Shown piece by piece: positions 53,985 through 64,000 of a DNA stretch of 64,000 nt. Every line of letters begins with the position of its first letter. Within the stretch, counting starts at the first letter, position 1. This DNA comes from Lama glama (lineage: Eukaryota), in NCBI GenBank assembly GCA_028534125.1, contig CM052818.1, positions 13,084,001 through 13,148,000 of the forward strand, read 5' to 3'. The notes below the pieces were generated by a model. The model did no database searches and was not told the origin of the DNA. It saw only the letters and a program-made list of their open reading frames with translations. Both the position numbers and the translations under genes were made by a program.

Positions 53985-54195
53985 TAAAAGCACAGGAACA
54001 AGAGACTGTCCAAGTTTAAATCCTGACTTGGACTTACCAGCTGTGTGACCTAAAGCAGGTTACTTGACTTTTCTGTGCGTCCATAAAATGGGAATAATAA
54101 TACCTACCTCACATACAAGTGCATTAACATCTGTGAAACACATAAAACAGTATCTGCAAAACTGTGACTGTCCAGTAAATGTTAGCTGTTACTAA
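53985..54195 (+). mobile_element. MIR SINE
   Basis: 'acttaccagctgtgtgacct...ataaaatgggaataataatacctacctca...taaatgttagctgtta'. Confidence 0.85.
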
Positions 54196-55669
54196 TGTAT
54201 GTATGTATTTACCCCCATTCATTAAAGTGACAATGTGTCAATATCATTATGTCCTAAATATATTCATGACAACCATTATTACTTTTTAAAAATTTTCCTA
54301 ATAATCCTGAGGGTACTCTTCTATGGATTATTAAAACATTAAAAAAAACTTTTCTAAACATTTAAAAATAAATATTTTTAGGGAAGTTTACTAAAGTCTG
54401 ACATTTTCTTTAAAAGATTTGAGACATGTTTCTATCTCCCAGATTCTCCTATGGATGAAATTGAGAGTGAGCATCAGATGAATCTTATTTTTTGCACATT
54501 TGCTACTTCAACATTTCTAACTTTTACTTTCATCACAAAATTATTGTGGGTGGCCCAACAGTTCTCCCCATAATTTGAATTTCCTATTCTGCCCACCAGC
54601 ACAGATGCTAATAAAATCACGGAGTGTTATTTCACCTTATAATTAAGTCTACTTGGCCCAGTGAACTCTTTGTATAAATGCTCCAGTAGTAGAGGAAATT
54701 ATCAATGCCACTGCACAGAAGTCAAACTGGCATGCATATCATATCCCACAGATTTCAAATTCTACTCAGAACCTATCTTCAGTGCCACACTGTTCAGTGT
54801 GAGCATGAGAGTGTTTCAAAAACATTATTTATTTGAAATGTCAGTTCTGTGAATTCCCCTTAAGTTGAGAAAGCCCAAGAAATAGGTGCTATAGTAAACA
54901 AGAACCACAAAATCTAAGGAGAACTTGATTGTCAGTGGCCCTGGTCATGAAATGGGATGGGATTCTAGATAACATGTCGTATTTGCAATGAGAATGCACT
55001 GACAACAGCCCAGTTCATAGCAACGTGAGGAACCATCACAACTGCTACCTAATTGAAATAACTTATGTCACTGCTGCTCTCATTTGATGAAAATCAGTAG
55101 GACAGAGAGACCTAACATCTACTTTTTCCTTTTTGTTCTGATCTTATCTCTTTCACAGCTCCTCCTGGCTTTACTTGATATGATGAACTTCCTGATTCTT
55201 ACAATCAGTTCCCCAAAACGTCCTTGCAGGTTGTTAGCTTCCAAGCAACCTTCGTTAGGAGGGGAAGCATCAACCAACATATTACTTGTCCATTAATGGT
55301 GCCAGAACATAACTGTCTGACCCATACTTTATACTTATCAAATAATTGCCCCTTGCAACCGCCAAAGACAGTTCAAAACTTTTATGGATACAGTAATTTT
55401 CTTCCTGCAATCAATCAAAAAAAAAAAAAAAAGGACCTGGTAGTTTCTCATCTGCACTGTAAACATAACAACCATTTAAAGAGGAAAAATGATGACCTGG
55501 TTGTCATAACAGCAAACTCCTCTTTCTCTCAAGTCCTTTGCTCATAGCAATTACCAACTTCAGAATGCCTTTACTGCCCGGTGCCCTTCAAGAAAAGCCT
55601 CCTTATTCTTCCAGATTCAGGGTTCAAATCAAGGTCTTTCCTCCTCATGACAGTCTTTGCTGATCTTTG

Positions 55670-56470
55670 TCCATTTCTTCAAGCCACAAACACTGATTAA
55701 GTATGTACTCTGTGCCAGGTCTCCAGCCAAGAACTGAGGGTATGATGAGGAAAATAACAGTAGATGCCCTCTGGGTTCCTAGAATCCAGTATTATGTCTT
55801 TTGAACTATTTTAGTTTGAACCACAAAAGCATGCAGTCTTTCATTTAAACATTACATGATGACTACTTACTATGTGCGTGGCATGGGGGCCACCAAGGAT
55901 AGAGAGGACATAACCCTAGGCCTTAAGCAGCTTAGTCTGAGTCCAGCATAGGGGACAGACAGGCAAAGAACTGCAGTGCAACAAGATGGGTCTGTAAAAG
56001 ATTGGTATCAGGTGATATGAAAACAGAGAGGAGGATTCTTTCTGGTTTGAGGAGGTGGCTGGAGATGTCCTCATGGTGGTAGCACCGAGACAAAAGGCGA
56101 GGATATTGTATCCTAATGGGAGAACAATGCCACAGAGGCACCAGGGGGCAAAAGCACTGCCGGGGCGGTGGCAGAGAGGCCAGGAAGGTGGGCACAGGGC
56201 AGGAGACGAAGAACCTCTGCCTAGCTTTACATGCCCTTTGATCAGGGTGACGGAGAGACACTGAAGTCATAAATGGGAGAAAAACAGATCAGATTTGAAT
56301 GACAGGAAGATAGGGGTCTAACAAGTTAAGAAACTAGTACAACAGTTAAGAGGACAGCATAACTCTATAAAGAGCTAACGGGGAGGAAGAGAAAAGTAAA
56401 GAAATATTCAGAAAACTGATGGAAGTGAGGGACAGAGTCCGTATGAAGGGTGAAGGAGGAAGGTGATGGA
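55670..56470 (-). mobile_element. L2 relics (two tail segments plus body)
   Basis: 'tgattaagtatgtactctgtgccagg' and 'ctacttactatgtgcgtggc...ggccttaagcagcttagtct', followed by a purine-rich L2-like body. Confidence 0.6.
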
Positions 56471-57214
56471 TGCGAGAGGTATCTATTCCCATCTATTCTT
56501 TAAGTTTCTTGGTGGTGGGTGCGATGTTCAAATTTCTCTCGTATTGAAGGGCTGACCCACTGCAGCATACAGTACATAGGAGAGGACTTCAATAAAATTT
56601 AGCCAGCTGATCAAGAAAACAAACCAGCAAAACATTTATTTTAATGGGTCTAAGTCCAGATGAAAACAAAAGAACCAAATATGGTGAAACAAAAATAATG
56701 AGGAGAATAGACTTGTTTACCAATAAGATACTAAATGGTAACATTAGTTCTAAATGGTTGAAATTTTACTTTAAATAGGAAAGGAATTATTCCCTGGAAA
56801 GTTTAAACCTCATTCTTTATCTTCAGCCCCAAGACATATACATTCAAAAATGTTATGGTAAACTTCTGGGGACCAGTGTTTTACAATCCGATACAAGCCC
56901 CAAATGCCTTGTATGTGGAAGTTACTAAATTAAAAAGTGAAAGACTTCTATGAAACTGCAATTATCAGAAGTATATTTAATCAGAAATCTCTAAACCGAC
57001 TAAAGGTCATCCAATTTGCAATTGTCAGCATGTTAAGTTAGATGCTACAACCAGCATGTCAGAAGGCAGACAGTACACTGGCAGAGTCACATGAGAGGAA
57101 GAGAAGTCTTACTGAGTGCTCACATTAGCTGCATTTTATTCCAGCCTACATAAACCCATAGAAACTTTGTTTTCCTTTACTTTCTTTCCCACCCACCGTG
57201 TAATCTTAATCACA

Positions 57215-57345
57215 TTACTTACCAATTCTGGGCCTCTGTTTACCTCTACAATAGCAATAGAAATAGTTCTTGCTTCATAGAGTTCATATAGATTAAATAA
57301 GTCAATATGTATCAAGTGTTTAGAAAAACAATGTAAATGTCCAAT
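57215..57345 (+). mobile_element. MIR SINE fragment
   Basis: 'tctgggcctctgttt...cttcatagagttcatatagattaaataag...gtgtttagaa'. Confidence 0.6.
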
Positions 57346-58341
57346 ATTTCCTATTTTTTTTTCTTTTTAGATGATAAACCTAATCCTATGACAAAAATCC
57401 AAAGAATGTTAAGGCTCTGAATTTTGTAAGAAATCTGACTGAAAAACAAATCACCACTATTCTCAGTGGTCTACAGGCTTCTCACTTGTGTCAAGGAGAG
57501 AGCATCCTGGAGAAATCAGTAGGTCCATTCAAAGGAGGAATGGCACACGGAGAGGATGTGCACTGGCCTGGCTCCTTCCTCACGTAGCACCACAGAGCAC
57601 GAGTCCTAGCTGCTCCCCGACTCAGGTTCTCAGCTTACATGCGCTAACAAACCCTGTCAATTTCATATGCCTCATGGGGTTCGTATGAGACTCAGACGAA
57701 GGGAAAAGACGGGCACGCAACTGAGTAAGACCCTATTGTCAATTCTTATACTAGGCTGGTTACAGGGAATGGGACTAAAGGTTTAGAAAAGCAGACCTAA
57801 TGTACACGAATAAACATTATGCACACACACACAGTGAATCTGACGGAGATATTTATAAACATGAGCTTTATGTTGAAATTATGATGTTAGTCCAAGGTTA
57901 GATTCATGCCAGAAAAGAGTGGAAATAAAGATACCTTATTGTATTAGGAAGATGGTATTTGATCACATTAATCTCTGTCTAAATCTTTGTCCTAAGTAAA
58001 GAGTAAAAAAACCAAATACATTTCTCCCAAATAGTTCTTCTCCTATAATCATGTGGTTAGTTTCTCTGGTTCAAAATTCTGGAGGCCGTGCCTATTTCAT
58101 TTTCTGACAGGTGGGATACAGGAAGGAAACTGACGTGGGCCAAAGAATCACGTTACTCTCAGTGGTTTTACAGCCCAGTTTCATTCCTGCCTCTCATTTT
58201 TTCTCAGAAGCCCCTCGTTACATCTTGCCTGCTCTTACCTATCCAGGTGTCTTCTCTTACAGCCAGAGGGGAAAGAAGGCCTTCACTTTAATGGAGCAGA
58301 TATACTTACCTTCTTTTAGACTCTACCTTTTATTTAAGCCA

Positions 58342-58371
58342 TTCTTAAATAAAATGTCTTTTATTTAAGAA
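58342..58371. repeat. Perfect 13-bp inverted repeat with 4-nt loop, plus a third arm at 58328-58338
   Basis: ttcttaaataaaa-tgtc-ttttatttaagaa; upstream copy ttttatttaag. Confidence 0.95.
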
Positions 58372-58494
58372 CCTAAAAAAAAATTCAGAATCCACACTGT
58401 CTACAAAGTTTATCAACACCACAAACACCATCTCCAATGACCTTTTTCTTTCTTACTTCCTATTCACTTGGTTTTAATCACACACTGTCCACAA

Positions 58495-58682
58495 AACCAC
58501 TCAGCCTGATATTCCCTGTGTATCAGAGTCACGGGGGGTGGGCTGCACTTGTGTAGAGATGCCCAGACTCCAGCCTCAGGAAATTCTGATGGGGTAGATA
58601 CGGCCGAAGAAGCTATATTTGAACAGCACCCTAGGTGATTCTGTCCCTAGTGGTAGGGAGGTCATACTCTGAGAGTGTCCTG
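58495..58682. mobile_element. MER5-family hAT-Charlie MITE
   Basis: 'tgtgtatcagagtcac...aaattctgat...tttgaacagcaccctaggtgattctg...catactctgaga'. Confidence 0.7.
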
Positions 58683-61600
58683 CCAGAGACTCATCCCACG
58701 ACAGAACTCTGCACACTCATGGGTGTACACCCACTTACGCACAAATATACACATTTAACACACTACTGGGTAATTTTATTTGCCTCATAAATACTTTGTG
58801 ACAACATTTTATTGCATCAGTAAAAGCAGCATCCAACGTCTAGAGGTTAACTTCTTTTACAAAATTTCTGGTGCAAAAACTTATTTTACTTGCATCTTGG
58901 ACAGATTAAAAAAAAGAGGAAGTTGAATATTATTTTTTCCATTCATTGCTGCTTATAAAATAAAACCAGGTTTTCAAAACCCTTATTACTTAGATGATAG
59001 TCTAGACTAAACTTTACAGTTTGTGTTTATACAAAAAATTAATGTGATTAAATGTGACTCAAAATACAGACTGATAATCCAAGAGTCACTGACCTTCCAG
59101 GCAAACGTCACAATTGCAGTCATATTCGGAAAAAACACCATCCTCAGATGGGAGCCCCTGCACACTGACTGGAACACCCAATACTGTCATCTGTTTTTAT
59201 CACTTCAGGTTATATGTATGTACTCTGAAACACTTCCTTAAATCCTCTGGGAAAAAAAAAAGAAAGTAAACCCATTGAGTTCATAAACTAGAAGGCAGTC
59301 AGTCCATCCTTGAAAATCCGGCAGTGGTGTGCTACAGTAACCTGTGTTTTCCGCCTCTTTGTTTCTCTTCCACTCAACTAGGACACCCTGATCAGACTCT
59401 TGATAACTTGTCCAGCAGTCAGTTCTTTCAGGTCTAGGACACATGGAGTCCCTTCTCTGAATCTCAGTCACCTTGGAGGGGCCTGGTCCTCCTGGATCTG
59501 CATGTATTATCTGTCTCTGAATGCTGGTCACTTTTTGGGTCACCACTAGGATCTGCCTTTATGTCACACAGGTGCCACCATTCTCTGCAGACACTATACT
59601 CCTTTCTTCCCAGGAACAGGGCCTACTGAATGTGTCAAAGGTCAAGAGTCTTATCCAGCTGCTCACCTCTTCCAGTCTTCCCCAACCTGGTCAAGTTCAC
59701 TCTTCTAGTCCCAGTTACGTCCTCTGAGTCCTTGCACCTGTGACCTCTAAGAAACGTGTCTCCCTTGCACTCACATTTGAATGAATCACTGTAGGTCTTC
59801 TGTTAGTAAGAACCCACTCCCCAGGCCCACATCAGACATATTAATTCAGCCATTGAAAGCAACGGGGATGGGGGAGGGAAGCATCCACTGATTTCATGAG
59901 GATAATGGCCAGGAATCACAGCAAACATTACTTCTAGGATTTAATTTAGTCTTTTTTAAAATCTCATAATGACCTATGCCTTACCCTAACCAATTTCTAG
60001 ATTCAGGACAAGCATTCACCGGCCACTGTCCTTTCTAATCTCCCCAGCAGCTACAATCTCCTCTTCTGAGTTGGACAGACTGTCACTGACCAACCTCCAT
60101 CCTCAGCATTTTCCTTCTCACGTTCGTGCTGCTCATCCGATGATCCGCCAACTTGCCAGGACATTTGTTTCCAGTGGCAAAGCTAGGAAACAAAAGACGC
60201 CTGGGCTCGAGAACATAGTACAGCCTCAGGATCCCGAGCAGAGATTATGAATTTTAATTCTCTCCTACAGCACAGCCGCACCCAGGCAAGAACATTAGAA
60301 AAGACTAATCAAGGAAGAAATCAGCAGGGGACATCTGTGCAGTGGCTCACTGACAGCCCTCTAAACCTAGCACAGCCGACGCTAATAGCCTCCTTAGGTC
60401 CTCTCCTCGCATTAAAGATGCCCTGAAAACAAGCTACCCGAGAATATTGCTGCAGTTATCACAGTTACCAAATTGGCAGGCCATCTTCGCTAAGTGCACT
60501 AGGCCAAGCGCTGAGGATTTCCTGTGCACCTTTTACTCTTCCAGACAGAGTGCAGTTATAAGAGAAGGAAGAGCAGAGGTATGAGTGATAAATAATGCAT
60601 GGGAACTACAGGTGCGGAAAGCTTTATTCAGACCTGCCATGCTAATGCATGCCTAAGCCTGGCATTTGCTACATTGTGACTGAATTTGCTACCCTGTGTG
60701 TCAGAAACGGTAATGAGAATGGCAGAGTTGAGAATCCGTATCTTTGATCCAGTCCTTAGCCTCTTTCCAGCCAGGCTGTCCACTCAGCATTGCAGTCCTC
60801 TCCCAGGTCTCTCCCCTCCAGACCCTTGAAATTTGGCCATCTAATAAAATCACGGCACTTCAAAGGCCACAAAGGTAAACAGGACGGATGTGTGTGGTTA
60901 AATACTCTTTATTAGTAAGACTCCAAGTTTCTAACCTTGCAAAGCTTTATTTGCAATTAAGTAATTTCTGCTGCTGCTAATTTCTAATTGTTCTCTACCC
61001 TTTAGATTACTGATGTCACCACAAACCATTCAAGTGATTTCTTGGACTCTAGTTGTCCTAGAAAGCGTTGACGAAAATCTGAAACTGGAAAAGGCATAGT
61101 AGTTTTAAAAGATTCCCTAGATTCATCAGCTCTTTAGGGAAGGCATGATGCCACACATATTAGAAAGATTTTCCTTCAGCATTTCTGAATTTGAAAATTC
61201 AGCTAGGCAGAAACAGAAGTCAGGATCTAAACACCTACTGAAAGCATTGAGATGTGCCTTTAACCAACTGTGGAACAAGATGACCTTTTTCTCCGTAATG
61301 CAGCCAGCCTACTATCATGTGGTTGAAATGAGGGCTCTCCTGCGTTTAGGCTGCTTTCAGATCTGAAATTCCACAATGCTTCCTGAGCAACGCAGGCATC
61401 TGTCTGGAACTTTTTCACACATCAGAACCCTCATTGCTGCAATGACCTCTGTATCAAACTCAAGAACATTAGATGTCATTTCAATCTTGCATTTTCTCTC
61501 TCCTGCTGCCATTCCTCAACCAGGACTATTCAGTCAGCTTCAAATGATCCGAAAATACCTCCCTGACACCCAGTGCCTTTCAGTGAGTGCATCCACAAAC

Positions 61601-64000
61601 AAGGAACCATCATTTTTGAACATAACATCTACCCCAGGAAGATTCCATAGCTATGCAAGATGGCCCCAGTGCCTGGAGCATGACCTTGTAAATCTCTTCT
61701 GCAGCCTGGATGAAATAGCACAGCCAGGGAATCACAGCTAAAACCTTTCCCAGAGATGAATATGTACGTGATAGCAGGTCATAGTGTTTCAAATATAGAA
61801 CAGGCTGAAAGGTATTAGCATTTCACCACCTTTCTTTTTTTAAACAGCCCTAAACCACCAATGGTTGATGCCAAGCTTCCTCTGCCAAGTGCCACTCAGT
61901 TTGGCCAAATGGCTGAGGCAGAACGAAGCTCTGGACCCAATTCCACCCACCAACATCCAAGGCCCCCAAATCATGTCAACTAGCAACTCTGACACTCATC
62001 TGAATTTAGTGAACAATTATTTTCCCCACTGCCTATGCTACTGGAATTGAGAGAACAGAGCATACATACCCTTGTCCTTGGGGATCTCACAGTTTTAACA
62101 CAGAAAACCTACCAATGAGGAGCCACATTCCTTGGCCTTGCACTGTGATTCTATTTGAAATAGATCATCATTCAGTCAATTAACTCTGGCTTATTAAGTA
62201 GCTATCACAAATGCCCAAACTCTTGGCCCTAAAACTTGAACCACCACATATGGATGCTCTGGAAATAGAAAAATGTACATATATCACACAGAGGTCACAC
62301 AATGGAAAACACAGATTAGTACAAAGACCGGTGTCCAAAAACCCTAAGAGAAGGATGTGGTTTTCTAAACACAGAGCTAGAATAAGTCACGAATAAGTTT
62401 CTCCAGCTCATCCATTCTCCACTTAACATACTGATAAGAATCAATTTCAATGAAGCAATGTCGCCCGGCTTGTGTCTCATTTCCCCTGATCATTTAAGTG
62501 CCACTGTGGGAAGCATATGTAATGTGCTTACAGACACATGCCCCACCTCTCAGCAAATAAGCATTTCCTCAGAAAATCCCACTGAGAATGCACTCCAGAA
62601 AAGCGGTGCTTGCAAAATAGCTCATGTTCATTTTTCAGAATTCAGAATGAAGTAAGTAACCCCTGATATACAATAAAAATGATTAAATGCAAACACCACT
62701 GAGCCTCTATAATAAATATTTTATATATTAATAGGTCTTCAAAAGTCTTATTTCATTTTTACAGCTTTTCCAAGTGGCATTATTCTATTTTAGCACATGA
62801 AATGAAATAATCTTCCATGAAAAAAGCAGGCTTTTCTGGCCCATTTTAAATAAGCAAATGGATAACTATTGTGCTATTAATTTGCTATGCAAATTGTTTG
62901 AGTTGCTAACTCTTTCCTCTTTCCATTATTAGAGATGGTTCAATCCTTCCCAAGGGAAAAAGGAAAGCTACTTTCCAAGGTAACCTGTTTGCTCTCTCAT
63001 GTCCAAGATACACAACCAATCCAGGGGCTCTCTCTCCTATGATTCTCTGACAAAACAAGCCATAAATTCGATGAAAAATACTCAATATAATACCTGCTTA
63101 ATGCTCATTCACTGTCAAAATCCACCAGAATTCCCTTCCCTACTCTAGAAGCTACCACCTTGCTTTCGGAGAAAACAGTGAAACAAAACAAAACAAACAA
63201 AACAAAACACGGGTTGGGGACCACCTGATGCCTGCACAGAGTACTGACAAGTGCCCAGAGATGCTGCCTTCCCTTCTGACAGGCTCAGGTTGATCCAGTG
63301 GTCTCCTTTCCTCATTTTCATTTGCTGTTTACAGAAAAGGGAAAGAACGCATTGGAGGGGCTTCTCAGTCAGTATGTTACAAACAGTTTTTATAACACCC
63401 TGGCACAGTTCAGCAAAAAAATCCTTTTCCAAACTACAAATGACTCTTTGGGACAAACCTTTCATGCAGGTGCTGCTACGGCAGCTTAGGAGGCACACAT
63501 AACCATTAGACACGTATTTAGAAGCTTCTACTGAGTGGGGGACATTAAGGAGAAGAATAAAAAGAGGCCATGAAAGCTATACCCATGAGATCCAGCCAGT
63601 GTGTGAAGGTTCCCAGGATTATTTTCACATAGAGGAAAGGAAAATTGCTGCCTGTAGATTTCACATTATAAAATTTGACTTCTTTTTCATTTTCAGGGCT
63701 GCCTGCCTCCCCTCTCCTCATCACACAGGTAAGAAAGATGTCAACACATTACAGACTTAATTGGAAAGTATAGAAAAGCATGTCAGCTAGATTTGCAGAA
63801 TCCTGACCCAGAAATTGTCAGGCTCACAGCACCTGGGCAGTGACACGGCAGCTGGGCACCTCCCCACTCACCAGGTCTTTGCCTGAAGCCAAAAGCTAGT
63901 ACGGTGTGGGCGGGAGAAGGATTCCTCCAGGCACAGGCTTCTCATTCTATCTCCCAGAGTTTCCTGACATTAGATAATGACGCTAAAGCTCATGGGAAGA

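Noticed and set aside
61376..63513. ORFs of 121 aa (61376..61741) and 122 aa (63145..63513)
   Set aside because: No recognisable homology or exon structure; one crosses an (AAAAC)n repeat. Lengths are within chance for 64 kb in six frames.

Overview
This is mammalian genomic DNA: AT-rich, CpG-depleted and full of interspersed repeats. The whole window appears to lie inside a minus-strand gene I recognise as CCDC85A. Only one coding exon is visible, 77 bp at 24247-24323 ((E)[25 protein letters not shown]) with canonical AG/GT ends, flanked by two long introns. The rest is intronic: truncated L1s (one 5'-inverted with a target-site duplication), L2, MIR and L3 relics, hAT/Tigger MITEs, MaLR and ERV1 solo LTRs, and microsatellites. 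The L1 3'UTRs look cetartiodactyl, and I saw no ruminant, pig or whale SINEs, which suggests a camelid-like host (inference). The other ORF-track entries are repeat-derived or chance. I cannot support a new multi-gene system. The best leads are (i) a 63-bp cryptic exon at 58310-58372 with an in-frame stop, two AATAAA signals and two mutually exclusive hairpins; (ii) a dense MAF/NRL plus CRX/OTX-type motif cluster at ~53050-53240; (iii) an old L2 with unexpectedly high CpG content at ~30230-30560. Repeat family names come from recalled consensus sequences, and repeat boundaries are approximate.
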